A DNA stretch of 64,000 bases. Source: Deltaproteobacteria bacterium. GTDB taxonomy: Bacteria; Desulfobacterota; Binatia; DP-6. A program made the translations under genes and the position numbers. Of the stretch, positions 21,929 to 31,004 are shown one piece after another (position 1 is the first letter of the stretch; each line of letters begins with the position of its first letter). A model generated the notes under the pieces. It made no database searches and was not told the DNA's origin. It saw nothing but the letters and a program-made list of their open reading frames with translations. Location of the stretch: contig VBKJ01000129.1 in the NCBI GenBank assembly GCA_005879795.1, forward strand, positions 1,931-65,930, read 5' to 3'.

Positions 21929-22711
21929 CTAGCGCGCGAGCAGCCCCACGCCCGACGTCCACAGCGCGACGTACGCAACCGTCGTCACCGCCAGCACGGC
22001 CCCGGCCAGCGCGTCCGCCGGGCCGGCCCGCGCCCGCAGGTACGTCGTGCGCGGGCGTCCCGAGTTGAAGCCGCGCAGCTCGAGCGCCATCGCCATGCGA
22101 TCGGCGCGGCGCAGCGCGCCGATCAGGACCGGCACCAGGATCGGCACGAAGCGCCGGAGCCGGGCGACGATCCCGCCCCGGCCGAGCTCGAGCCCGCGGC
22201 AGCGCTGCGCCTGCACGACGGCGAGCGCGGCGTCGAAGAAGACCGGCACCAGCCGGAAGGCGAGCGTCAGCGTGAAGCCGACGATGTACGGTAGGCCCAG
22301 GCGACCGAGCGCGTAGGCCACCTCCTCGACGCGCGTGGTGGTGAGGAAGAGGATGCCCGCGGCGAGGAAGGTGTCGAGACGGATCGCGGTCGAGAGCCCG
22401 TAGAGGAAGCCCGCCCGGGTCGCCCCGAAGCGGCCGCCGTAGAAGAGCGTCCACACCACGAGCGAGGAGACGAACACCAGGACGAACATCACGCGCAGCC
22501 GCCGGACGTTGGGGAACCCGCCCGCCGGCACGAGCAGCGCCGCGATGGCCGCCGCGAGGGGGGCCAGGGCGAGCGGGCGATCGACGACGAAGGCGGCCAC
22601 GATGAACGCGGCGAGCCCGGCCACCTTGGTCACCGGGTGCAGGCGATGGAGCCGGCTCGCCGCCGGCACGTAGAGGGTCAGGGGCACGGCGCCTGTCTCC
22701 CCGGCATCCAC
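21929..22711 (-). CDS. ecfT: ECF transporter transmembrane T component (EcfT/CbiQ)
   Basis: Multi-TM protein with the family pattern ...ALELRGF... Confidence 0.85.
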   Translation of the reverse strand: MDAGETGAVPLTLYVPAASRLHRLHPVTKVAGLAAFIVAAFVVDRPLALAPLAAAIAALLVPAGGFPNVRRLRVMFVLVFVSSLVVWTLFYGGRFGATRAGFLYGLSTAIRLDTFLAAGILFLTTTRVEEVAYALGRLGLPYIVGFTLTLAFRLVPVFFDAALAVVQAQRCRGLELGRGGIVARLRRFVPILVPVLIGALRRADRMAMALELRGFNSGRPRTTYLRARAGPADALAGAVLAVTTVAYVALWTSGVGLLAR

Positions 22712-24360
22712 GACACCAGCTCCGCGACCGAGAGCGGGGTACAGCCGAGGAGCCGCCCGAGCCGGGTCACGTCGGGGGCGCGAAACGCGGCCGCGGCGAG
22801 CAGCTCGTCGTCGGCGAAGAACTGCCGCGGCGGCCCGTCGTAGCGCAGCCGCCCGCCCGCGAGCAGCACGACGCGCTCGGCGTACTCGGCGATCACCCAG
22901 GGCGTGTGCGTGATGATGACGATCGTCTGCCCGGCGGCGTGGCGCGCGCGGAGGAGCGCCATCATCTTCTGCTGCTCGACGAAGTCGAGGCCCGTCGTCG
23001 GCTCGTCGAGGACGAGGACGTCGGGGCGCAGCGCCAGGACGGCGGCCACCGCGAGCCGCTGCCGCACGCCCTTGTCGAGCAGGAAGGGGTCGGCGTCGCG
23101 CTCGTCGAGGCCGACGGCAGCGAGGGCCTCGGCGACCCGCACCTCCACCTCGGCCGGGTCGAGCCCCAGGTTACGCGGCCCGAAGGCGACCTCCTCCTCG
23201 ACCGTGGCCGCGAAGAGCTGGTGGTCGGGGTCCTGGAAGACGTAGCCCACACGCTGGGCGAGCTCCTCGAGGGCGAGGCCGCGCACGTCGTGGCCCTCGA
23301 GCCGCACGGCGCCCTCGCTGGGCACGAGGAGGCCGTTCAGGTGCTTCGCCAGCGTCGTCTTGCCCGAGCCGTTGCGGCCGACGAGCGCCAGGAACTCGCC
23401 CGGCCGGATGGCGAGGCTCACCTCGGCGAGCGCCGCGTGCCCTCCCGGGTAGCGATGCCCGAGCCCGCACACGTCGATCAGCGGCGGGCGCAGGGGCCGG
23501 GGCGGCGGGAGGAAGCGTGGCGGCTTCGGGGTGGCGCCCGCCGCACGCAGGCGCTCCGCCGCCGTCTCCACGTCGAGCGGCGGGGCGGGAAGCCCGAGCG
23601 CCGCGAGCACGCAGCAGGTGTCCGGCGCCCGGATGCCGGCTGCGGCGCACGCCTCCACGTCGGCGAGCAGCTCGCGCGGCGCCCCGCGCCCGACCACCCG
23701 GCCCTCGCTCAGGACGAGGAGCAGGTCGGCGCCCGCGGCCGCCGCGGTGTCGTGCTCGATCACGACGAGCGTCAACCCGTCGCCCCGGAGGCCCGCCAGC
23801 GTGCGCAGGACCTCGGCGCGGCCGACGGGGTCCAGGTCGGTCGTCGGCTCGTCGAGCACCATGACCGGTGGGCGGAGCGCCAGCAGCCCGGCGATCGCAA
23901 GGCGCTGCTTCTCGCCGCCCGAGAGCGTCGTCGGGTCACGTCCCTCGAAGCCCGCGAGCCCGACGGTCGCGAGCGCACGCGCGACGCGCTCCGGCATCTC
24001 GGCCGGCGGGACGGCGGTGTGCTCGAGCCCGAACACGACCTCCTGGGTCACGTCGGTCGAGAAGAGCTGCGCCTCGAAGTCCTGGAACACCATGCCGATC
24101 GTGCCGGCGAGCTCGCCGACGCGCCGCCCGTGGATGGGCTCGCCCAGGAGGCGGACGTCGCCGGTCACCTCGGCGGGCACGAAGCACGGCACGAGGCGCG
24201 TGAGACACCGCGCCAGCGTGGACTTGCCGGCGCCGCTGGCGCCCATGACGACGGCGAGCGCGCCGGGCGGGAGCTCGAGATCGAGGCCGGCGAGCGCCGG
24301 CCGCGCGGTGCCCGGGTAGGCGCAGCCGAGCCCGCGCACCGCGACCGCGGCGTCGCTCAC
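22678..24360 (-). CDS. fused ECF transporter ATPase EcfA1-EcfA2 (two ABC domains)
   Basis: Two Walker A motifs (GASGAGKST, GRNGSGKTT), two LSGG signatures and two Walker B motifs; GTG start overlaps the stop of the S component. Confidence 0.85.
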   Translation of the reverse strand: MSDAAVAVRGLGCAYPGTARPALAGLDLELPPGALAVVMGASGAGKSTLARCLTRLVPCFVPAEVTGDVRLLGEPIHGRRVGELAGTIGMVFQDFEAQLFSTDVTQEVVFGLEHTAVPPAEMPERVARALATVGLAGFEGRDPTTLSGGEKQRLAIAGLLALRPPVMVLDEPTTDLDPVGRAEVLRTLAGLRGDGLTLVVIEHDTAAAAGADLLLVLSEGRVVGRGAPRELLADVEACAAAGIRAPDTCCVLAALGLPAPPLDVETAAERLRAAGATPKPPRFLPPPRPLRPPLIDVCGLGHRYPGGHAALAEVSLAIRPGEFLALVGRNGSGKTTLAKHLNGLLVPSEGAVRLEGHDVRGLALEELAQRVGYVFQDPDHQLFAATVEEEVAFGPRNLGLDPAEVEVRVAEALAAVGLDERDADPFLLDKGVRQRLAVAAVLALRPDVLVLDEPTTGLDFVEQQKMMALLRARHAAGQTIVIITHTPWVIAEYAERVVLLAGGRLRYDGPPRQFFADDELLAAAAFRAPDVTRLGRLLGCTPLSVAELVSWMPGRQAPCP

Positions 24361-25142
24361 AAGAGCGCCAGGCCCGCGACCGCCAGCCCGAGCAACGGGA
24401 CGAGCCCGAGGCCCACCTCGAACGCGCCGGTGGCGGTCCGGTACGGCGCCCAGGGCGCGAGCCACCGTCCGCTCGCGATCAGCTCGCCCGCCGCGAAGGC
24501 GGCGGCCGTGCCGGCCACCACGAGCGTCACGCCGAGGGCCACGCGCCAGTGGGGCAGCGCCGCTCGCGGCCCGAGCAGGTCGCGGTAGAGGAGCCGGGCG
24601 CGGCGGATGCGCGGGTAGAGGACGGCGAGCAGGAAGGGCGCGAGGACGAGCGCGACCCCCAGGTTGTTCACGAGCACGAGCGTCCCGAGCACCGTGAAGG
24701 GATGGAAGCCGAGCGCCTGGAGCCCCCAGCCCACGACCGTGGCGCAGAGGGTGGCGGCGAGGGCGATCACGAGGAGGAGCCCGACCCAGCTCCCGACGCT
24801 GCGCGGCACCGGCTCGGCGTCGGTCATCGCCTCCCACACGAGGTAGGGCACGAGGCCATAGAGGAAGTTCGCCCAGAAGCCGAAGAGGTCGCCCGGCCCG
24901 AGCCCGCCGAAGAAGTCGCCGATCAGGTTGCCGAAGGCCGAGCCCCAGGCAGCCGCCGGACCGAAGAGGAAGGAGCAGACGACCGGGACCGCGTTCGCCG
25001 GCCGGAACTCCGTGATGCCGGGGATGAGGGCCACCACCTTGAACGGGATCAGGATGGCCGCGTAGAGCGCCGCCGAGATGGCGGTCAGGACGACCATCCG
25101 GGTGTTGCTCCACATGGCGAAGAGCTCCCGCATTTTTTCCAC
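24357..25142 (-). CDS. ECF transporter substrate-specific S component (substrate unknown)
   Basis: Small polytopic membrane protein immediately upstream of the A and T components; GTG start at 25142 (alternative ATG at 25113). Confidence 0.6.
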   Translation of the reverse strand: MEKMRELFAMWSNTRMVVLTAISAALYAAILIPFKVVALIPGITEFRPANAVPVVCSFLFGPAAAWGSAFGNLIGDFFGGLGPGDLFGFWANFLYGLVPYLVWEAMTDAEPVPRSVGSWVGLLLVIALAATLCATVVGWGLQALGFHPFTVLGTLVLVNNLGVALVLAPFLLAVLYPRIRRARLLYRDLLGPRAALPHWRVALGVTLVVAGTAAAFAAGELIASGRWLAPWAPYRTATGAFEVGLGLVPLLGLAVAGLALL

Positions 25143-25162
25143 TTCACGGCGACCGCGGCTGC

Positions 25163-25189
25163 GTTATACTCGCCCCGGAGGCAGGTCAA
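25163..25189 (-). promoter_or_regulatory. sigma70-like promoter for the ECF S-A-T operon
   Basis: On the minus strand: TTGACC, then ~15-16 nt, then TATAAC, ending ~13 nt upstream of the GTG. Confidence 0.4.
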
Positions 25190-25218
25190 GCTTGCGCACC
25201 TCACAGAGACGATACCTG

Positions 25219-25761
25219 GTGCGCGTCGAGCTCGTCGCGAGCGGGGTGCTGCTCGGCCTCGCGGCCCTGTGGAGCGCACTCCGCGGCCTGCACCTCGCCG
25301 CCGCCCTCCAGCCGTCGCTCGGCGCGCTCGCCGTCGGTGCCACGTGCGGGCTCGCCCTCACCGCGAGCCTGCCGCTCGTCACCGCGCCCTGGGCGCATCG
25401 CATGCTCCTGCTGCGCGGGCTGCGCCGCGCCTGGGACTCGCTCGAGACGGACCTCGGGCCGAGCCTCGGCGCGCGCGAGGTGCTGGTCCTGGCCCTCGGC
25501 TCGGCGATCTCGGAGGAGGTGTTCTTCCGGGGCGTCCTCCAGCGCGAGCTGGGGATCGTCGCGGCGAGCGCGGCCTTTGGGCTCCTCCACCCGCTCGGCA
25601 TCGCCTACGTGCTGTGGGCCGCCGGCGTGGGCGCCGGGCTGGGCGCGCTCTTCGCGCTGACCGGGAGCCTGGCGGCACCCGCCGCCGCGCACGGCGTCTA
25701 CAACCTGCTGGCGCTCGTCTACCTCAGGCGGCGCTCCAACCCGCGCGAGGAGAGCCTGTGA
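25219..25761 (+). CDS. CPBP family intramembrane metalloprotease (CAAX protease-like)
   Basis: EEVFFRG motif and LLHPL...HGVYN motif in a polytopic membrane context; start uncertain. Confidence 0.6.
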   Translation: MRVELVASGVLLGLAALWSALRGLHLAAALQPSLGALAVGATCGLALTASLPLVTAPWAHRMLLLRGLRRAWDSLETDLGPSLGAREVLVLALGSAISEEVFFRGVLQRELGIVAASAAFGLLHPLGIAYVLWAAGVGAGLGALFALTGSLAAPAAAHGVYNLLALVYLRRRSNPREESL

Positions 25762-26315
25762 AGCGGGCGCTCGTCCCGCTCGCGCCCGGCTTCGAGGAGA
25801 TCGAGGCGATCACCATCGTCGACGTGCTCCGCCGCGCGGGCGTCACGGTCGACGTCGCCGGGACGGAGCCGGGACCGATCACCGGCTCGCACGGCATCAC
25901 CGTCGCGCCCGACCGGACGCTCGCCGGCATCGACGCGGGCGCCTACGACCTGGTCGCGCTGCCCGGGGGCATGCCGGGCACCCTCCACCTGCGTGCGCAC
26001 CCGGAGGTGCGACGGATCGTGCGCGACCTCGCCGAGCGCGGGCGCTACACGACCGCGATCTGCGCCGCCCCGACCGTGCTCGCCGCGGCCGGTGTGACCG
26101 CGGGGCGCGCGCTGACCAGCCACCCCTCGGTCGCTCGGGAGCTCGCGGGGGCGGCCTACCGGGAGGATGCGGTGGTCGCCGACGGGCCCGTCATCACGAG
26201 CCGCGGCGCGGGGACGGCGATGGAGTTCGCGCTCACCCTGGTCGAGACGCTGGTCGACCGCGCGACCGCAGAGCGGCTGCGCCAGCACATGGTGGTGCCG
26301 GCAGCCTCGCGTTGA
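25758..26315 (+). CDS. DJ-1/PfpI family protein
   Basis: VALPGGMPGT...AICAAP nucleophile-elbow Cys; GTG start overlaps the upstream stop. Confidence 0.8.
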   Translation: MKRALVPLAPGFEEIEAITIVDVLRRAGVTVDVAGTEPGPITGSHGITVAPDRTLAGIDAGAYDLVALPGGMPGTLHLRAHPEVRRIVRDLAERGRYTTAICAAPTVLAAAGVTAGRALTSHPSVARELAGAAYREDAVVADGPVITSRGAGTAMEFALTLVETLVDRATAERLRQHMVVPAASR

Positions 26316-26354
26316 ATTGACTGCGGGAAACGCTTCCAGTAGCGTCCCGCCACC

Positions 26355-27224
26355 ATGCCGCGCCGCCTGATCGGCGCGCTCGCCGTCGCGCTCGTCGCGC
26401 TCGGGTGCGCCGGCAAGAAACCGGTCATCCCGCCCGAGAAACTCTGGGGCGAGGCGGAGGACGCTTTCAACATCGAGGCGTACGAGCTCGCCGTCGACCG
26501 CTACAAGAAGCTCCTCGACCAGCACCCCTTCGACCAGCACGCCGAGGAGGCGGAGCTGAAGATCGCGCTCTCGTACTACAAGGCACAGCGCTGGGCCGAG
26601 GCGATCGCTGCCTTCGGCGACTTCGAGCGCATGCACCCGACCAGCACGGAGCTGGCCGCGGTCGAGTACCACCTCGGCATGGCGTACCTCGCCCAGGCGA
26701 GCACCAGCGATCGCGACCAGCAGTCGCATGCCAACGCGCTCACCTACTTCCGCAACCTGACCGACCGCTTCCCGCTGAGCCCGTGGGCGGAGAAGGCGCG
26801 GCTCCGGGTGCGCGAGTGCCGCGAGGCGCTCGCCAAGCACGAGGCGGACGTCGCGGCCTACTACTTGAAGATCGGCAACCTGAAGGCCGCCGAGGCGCGG
26901 CTCCAGGGGCTCCTCACCGACTACCCGGAGACCGACGCCGCCGCCCAGTGCCTGTACGCCTTCGCCCAGGTGTACGCGGCCCGCAACGAGGCCGAGGGCG
27001 CGACCCTCGCGCTCGCCACCCTGGCGCGCCACCACCCCGACGGCCCGCTCGGGCGCGAGGCCAGGGAGCGCCTCGGCGCCGCCGTCTCGCTCGACGGCGA
27101 CGACCCCATGAACCTCCTGATCGCCCACATCGTGCACATGCGCACCGAGGCCGACCGCCAGAAGCTCCCGAACACGGTCTCGGCCTACCCCGACATCACC
27201 GGCGCCACCCCGCCCACGCCGTAG
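26355..27224 (+). CDS. bamD: outer membrane protein assembly factor BamD (lipoprotein, TPR)
   Basis: Lipobox LGCAG; TPR repeats; matches the BamD/YfiO family. Confidence 0.8.
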   Translation: MPRRLIGALAVALVALGCAGKKPVIPPEKLWGEAEDAFNIEAYELAVDRYKKLLDQHPFDQHAEEAELKIALSYYKAQRWAEAIAAFGDFERMHPTSTELAAVEYHLGMAYLAQASTSDRDQQSHANALTYFRNLTDRFPLSPWAEKARLRVRECREALAKHEADVAAYYLKIGNLKAAEARLQGLLTDYPETDAAAQCLYAFAQVYAARNEAEGATLALATLARHHPDGPLGREARERLGAAVSLDGDDPMNLLIAHIVHMRTEADRQKLPNTVSAYPDITGATPPTP

Positions 27225-27228
27225 CGCG

Positions 27229-27257
27229 CATTGACACAAGCGCGCCTTTCGGGTTAG
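27229..27257 (+). promoter_or_regulatory. candidate sigma70 promoter of the riboswitch operon
   Basis: TTGACA, then a 17-nt spacer, then TTAGCT, ~30 nt upstream of the riboswitch P1. Confidence 0.35.
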
Positions 27258-27284
27258 CTCCGCTCCGAGAGAAACGACAAAACA

Positions 27285-27400
27285 TTGCCTTATCCAGAGT
27301 GGCTGAGGGCCCGGCCCGGCGACGCCACAGCAACCGGTCCTGAAACGGACGCTGGTGCTAATTCCGACGCTGCCCGCGCGGGCGGCGAAAGATAAGGTTC
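27285..27400 (+). ncRNA. SAM-I (S-box) riboswitch aptamer
   Basis: P1 CUUAUC...GAUAAG; conserved GAGGGcccGGCCCggcGAcGCCacaGCAACC, GGUGCUAAUUCC and GAAAGAUAAGG blocks in canonical order. Confidence 0.9.
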
Positions 27401-27410
27401 GCACGCTGGT

Positions 27411-27446
27411 GAGCCCCTCTTCCTGCTGGAGAGGGGCTTTTTTATT
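27411..27446 (+). terminator. intrinsic terminator (riboswitch expression platform)
   Basis: GAGCCCCUCUUCC-ugcugg-AGAGGGGCU hairpin followed by UUUUUUAUU, 5 nt before the first ATG. Confidence 0.85.
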
Positions 27447-27450
27447 GCGC

Positions 27451-28167
27451 ATGTCGACGACGAGCGAAGAAAGGATTTCCCGCGGGCGCGTCCTCGTGAT
27501 CGGCGTCGGCGGCCTCGGTGCGCCCGCCGCGACGGCGCTCGCCGCCGCGGGCGTGGGGACGGTCGGGCTCATCGATCCCGACACGGTCGAGGTCTCGAAC
27601 CTCCACCGCCAGCCGCTCTACACGAGCGCGGACGTCGGCCGGGCGAAGGTCGAGGTCGCGGCCGAGCGGCTCGGCGCGCTCGCGCCGGCGCTCCGCGTCG
27701 AGACGTGGCGCGCGCGCTTCGGCCCGGCGGACGCCCATCTGCTGCGCGGCTTCGACGTCGTCCTCGACGGCACGGACACCATCGCCGCCAAGTTCGTCGT
27801 GAACGACGCCGCGGTGGCGGCGGGCGTGCCGCTCGTCCACGCGGGCGTGCTCGGCTTCCGCGCGCAGCTCCTGACCGTGCTGCCGGGACGAAGCGCGTGC
27901 TACCGCTGCGTCTTCGAGGAGGCGCCGCCGGCGGGCGATGTGCCGTCCTGCCAGGAGGCCGGCGTGCTCGGGCCGGTCGCCGCGCTCGCGGGCGCGCTCG
28001 AGGCGGCCGAGGCGATCCGCCTCCTCGCCGGCGAGCCCCCCGCCTGGGCGAACGCGCTCCTCGCCATCGACACGCAGGCGGGGAGCTGGCGCACCGTGCC
28101 GGTCGCTCCGAGTCCGCGCTGCCCGGCGTGCGTGCCCCGCGCCGCCGAAAGGAGTCACGCCCCATGA
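27451..28167 (+). CDS. E1-like adenylyltransferase (MoeB/ThiF family), N-terminally short
   Basis: VLVIGVGGLGAPAATALAAAGVG nucleotide loop; CYRC...CPAC zinc motif; lacks the usual N-terminal RYSRQ helix. Confidence 0.8.
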   Translation: MSTTSEERISRGRVLVIGVGGLGAPAATALAAAGVGTVGLIDPDTVEVSNLHRQPLYTSADVGRAKVEVAAERLGALAPALRVETWRARFGPADAHLLRGFDVVLDGTDTIAAKFVVNDAAVAAGVPLVHAGVLGFRAQLLTVLPGRSACYRCVFEEAPPAGDVPSCQEAGVLGPVAALAGALEAAEAIRLLAGEPPAWANALLAIDTQAGSWRTVPVAPSPRCPACVPRAAERSHAP

Positions 28168-29417
28168 GCTACGTGAAGGGTCTCCGCTGCCGCGAGTGCG
28201 GCGCCGAGACGCCGATCGCGCCGTTGCACGTGTGCGAGACGTGCTTCGGCCCGTTCGAGGTCCAGTACGACTACGCCGCCATCCGCCGCGCGCTGACCCG
28301 CGAGAAGATCGCCGCCCGCCCGCGCAACCTCTGGCGCTACCGCGAGCTCCTGCCGATCGAGGGCGAGCCGCGCGTCGGGCTCCACTCGGGCATGACGCCG
28401 CTGGTGCGCGCGGACCGGCTGGCCGCCGTGCTCGGCGTGAAGGAGCTCTGGGTCAAGGACGACTCGGTCAACCACCCGACCTTCTCCTACAAGGACCGAG
28501 TCGTCTCGGTCGCGATCTCGAAGGCGATCGAGTTCGGCTTCGAGACCGTGTCGTGCGCCTCGACCGGCAACCTCGCCAACTCCGTCTCGGCGCACGCGGC
28601 GCGCGCCGCCCTCGCCTGCTACATCTTCATCCCCGACGACCTCGAGCAGGGCAAGGTGATCGGGTCCACCATCTACGGCCCGCGCACCATCGCCGTGCGC
28701 GGCACCTACGACGACGTGAACCGGCTGTGCAGCGAGGTGGCGGACAAGTACGGCTGGGCCTTCGTCAACATCAACGTGCGTCCGTACTACACGGAGGGCG
28801 CCAAGACCTACGGCTTCGAGATCGCGGAGCAGCTCGGCTGGCGGCTCCCGAGGCACATCGTGGTCCCGACCGCGGGCGGCACGATCCTGCCCAAGGTCGC
28901 CAAGGCGTTCCGCGAGCTGCGCGACCTCGGCCTGGTCGAGGGCGATTTCAAGATCTACACGGCGCAGGCGGCGGGCTGCGCCCCCGTCGTGCACGCGCTC
29001 CACAAGGGCGCGGAGCTCATCGCCCCCGTGAAGCCGCAGACGATCGCCAAGTCCATCGCCATCGGCAACCCGGCCGACGGCTTCTACGTGCTCAAGGCCG
29101 TGCGCGAGTCGGGCGGCTGGGGCGAAGCGGTGACCGACGAGGAGATCGTGGCCGGCATCCGGCTCCTCGCCCGCACCGAGGGGATCTTCACCGAGCCCGC
29201 GGGCGGCACGACGGTCGCGGTCACCAAGAAGCTGATCGAACAGGGGAGGATCCCCCGTGATGAGTCGATCGTCGTGAGCATCACGGGCAACGGCTACAAG
29301 ACGCTCGAGGCGGTGCTCGACACGGTCGAGCAGCCGTTCCGCATCCCGGCCCGCCTCGCCGACTTCGACGAGCTGCACGCTCGCCTGAACGCCGCCCGCG
29401 CGGCGAGCGCCGTCTGA
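28164..29417 (+). CDS. threonine-synthase-like PLP enzyme (MetM-like candidate homocysteine synthase) with N-terminal zinc ribbon
   Basis: N-terminal CRECG...CETC; PLP lysine in FSYKDR; GGAG RBS; ATG overlaps the upstream stop (ATGA). Confidence 0.85.
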   Translation: MSYVKGLRCRECGAETPIAPLHVCETCFGPFEVQYDYAAIRRALTREKIAARPRNLWRYRELLPIEGEPRVGLHSGMTPLVRADRLAAVLGVKELWVKDDSVNHPTFSYKDRVVSVAISKAIEFGFETVSCASTGNLANSVSAHAARAALACYIFIPDDLEQGKVIGSTIYGPRTIAVRGTYDDVNRLCSEVADKYGWAFVNINVRPYYTEGAKTYGFEIAEQLGWRLPRHIVVPTAGGTILPKVAKAFRELRDLGLVEGDFKIYTAQAAGCAPVVHALHKGAELIAPVKPQTIAKSIAIGNPADGFYVLKAVRESGGWGEAVTDEEIVAGIRLLARTEGIFTEPAGGTTVAVTKKLIEQGRIPRDESIVVSITGNGYKTLEAVLDTVEQPFRIPARLADFDELHARLNAARAASAV

Positions 29418-29445
29418 CTAGCAACGGGAAGGAGGAACCGTCATC

Positions 29446-29721
29446 ATGGTCCAGGTCAAGGTACCAACGCCGCTCCGCAAGTACACGGGGGGCGCCGGGG
29501 GGATCGAGGCGCAGGGGGCGACGGTGGCCGCGCTCGTGGACGATCTCGAGCGGCGCTACCCGGGGCTGAAGGAGCGCATCTGTGACGAGTCGGGACAGGT
29601 GCGGCGCTTCGTGAACATCTTCGTCAACGGCGAGGACATCCGCTTCCTCGCGCACCTCGACACGCCCCTCAAGGCGGGGGACGAGCTGTCGATCGTCCCG
29701 GCGATCGCCGGAGGCCGCTAG
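29446..29721 (+). CDS. MoaD/ThiS/CysO-like sulfur-carrier protein ending in Gly-Gly-Arg
   Basis: 91 aa with a beta-grasp pattern; C-terminus ...SIVPAIAGGR. Confidence 0.7.
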   Translation: MVQVKVPTPLRKYTGGAGGIEAQGATVAALVDDLERRYPGLKERICDESGQVRRFVNIFVNGEDIRFLAHLDTPLKAGDELSIVPAIAGGR

Positions 29722-29734
29722 CCGCGGCCCTCCT

Positions 29735-30721
29735 GTGCTCTCCGCGCGCGCCGTCCTTGCCCGTCCGACCTCGCCCGCCGCGGGGCCGCTCGCCGTGCCC
29801 TCCGCGCTCCAGCTGGTCGGCAACACGCCGCTGGTCGAGATCCGGCGCGCGCGGGACGGCGTGGCGCCGGGGGTGCGCATCCTCGGCAAGCTCGAGGGCT
29901 TCAACCCCGGCGGCTCGGTGAAGGACCGCCCCGCCCTCAAGATGATCGAGGACGGGCTCGCGCGCGGGCGGCTCGTGCCCGGGAAGACGATCCTCGACTC
30001 CACCTCGGGCAACACCGGCATCGCGCTCGCCATGGTGGGCGCCGCGCTCGGCTACCCGGTCGAGCTGGTGATGCCGGGCAACGTGAGCAAGGAGCGCAAG
30101 CAGGTGGTGGCCGCCTTCGGCGCCAAGGCGATCTTCTCGGACCCGCTCGAGGGCTCCGACGGGGCGATCCGCCTCTGCCGTCAGATACTGGCCGAGAACC
30201 CCGACCGCTACTTCAAGCCCGACCAGTACAACAACGAGGCGAACTCGCTCGCCCACTACGAGACCACGGGCCCCGAGATCTGGCGCCAGACCGCCGGCGC
30301 CATCACGCACTTCGTCGCCACCATCGGCACCGGCGGGACGATCATGGGGACGGGGCGCCATTTGAAGGAGCAGAACCGGAGCGTCCAGGTGATCGCCGCC
30401 GAGCCCGCCGACGCCTTCCACGGCATCGAGGGGCTCAAACACATGGCGTCCTCGATCGTACCCGGCATCTATCACGAGGAGGCGCTCGACCGGAAGCTCG
30501 GGATCGACACCGAGGACGCCTACAACATGGTCTACCGCCTCGGCCGCGAGGAGGGCCTGCTGCTCGGGCAGTCGAGCGGCGCGGCGCACGTGGCAGCGCT
30601 CGAGGTGGCGCGCGCACTCCGCGAGGGGACGGTGGTCGTCCTCTACCCCGACTTCGGCGACCGCTACCTCTCGACCAACCTGTGGGTCGGCTGGCAGAAG
30701 CTGGGAGGGACGACGCCATGA
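29735..30721 (+). CDS. cysM: cysteine synthase B-like PLP enzyme (CysM/CysK family)
   Basis: PLP lysine in GGSVKDR; GTGGT loop; full-length match. Confidence 0.85.
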   Translation: MLSARAVLARPTSPAAGPLAVPSALQLVGNTPLVEIRRARDGVAPGVRILGKLEGFNPGGSVKDRPALKMIEDGLARGRLVPGKTILDSTSGNTGIALAMVGAALGYPVELVMPGNVSKERKQVVAAFGAKAIFSDPLEGSDGAIRLCRQILAENPDRYFKPDQYNNEANSLAHYETTGPEIWRQTAGAITHFVATIGTGGTIMGTGRHLKEQNRSVQVIAAEPADAFHGIEGLKHMASSIVPGIYHEEALDRKLGIDTEDAYNMVYRLGREEGLLLGQSSGAAHVAALEVARALREGTVVVLYPDFGDRYLSTNLWVGWQKLGGTTP

Positions 30722-31002
30722 AGCGGCCGCCGCCACGCCTCGCCAAGGCGGAGCCCGCGCCGGTCGCGCGCGGGAAGTTCTACCTCACCTACCCGAAGAA
30801 GCTCGTGAAGGAGCCGCTCATCTACCAGATGAGCCGGAAGTTCGACCTGGTGTTCAACGTGCGCAGCGCGAGCGTCAGCGAGGAGATCGGCATCATCGCC
30901 CTCGAGCTCGACGGCCGGCAGGGGGAGATCGACGCCGCCGTCGAGTGGTTCCGCGCCCAGGGCGTCACCGTCGAGCCGATCGAGAAGAACGTCATCGAGT
31001 GA
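30718..31002 (+). CDS. stand-alone NIL-domain protein (MetN C-terminal-like ferredoxin fold)
   Basis: 94 aa; ...LIYQMSRKFDLVFNVRSASVSEEIGIIALELDG... is the pattern of the NIL domain; ATG overlaps the cysM stop. Confidence 0.55.
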   Translation: MKRPPPRLAKAEPAPVARGKFYLTYPKKLVKEPLIYQMSRKFDLVFNVRSASVSEEIGIIALELDGRQGEIDAAVEWFRAQGVTVEPIEKNVIE

Positions 31003-31004
31003 TG

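Noticed and set aside
25145-25176. Plus-strand promoter-like TTCACG-16-TATACT upstream of the CPBP protease
   Set aside because: It shares the same TATA element as the better minus-strand TTGACC/TATAAC promoter of the ECF operon. I cannot distinguish them without data and the -35 is weak, so it is not reported as a feature.
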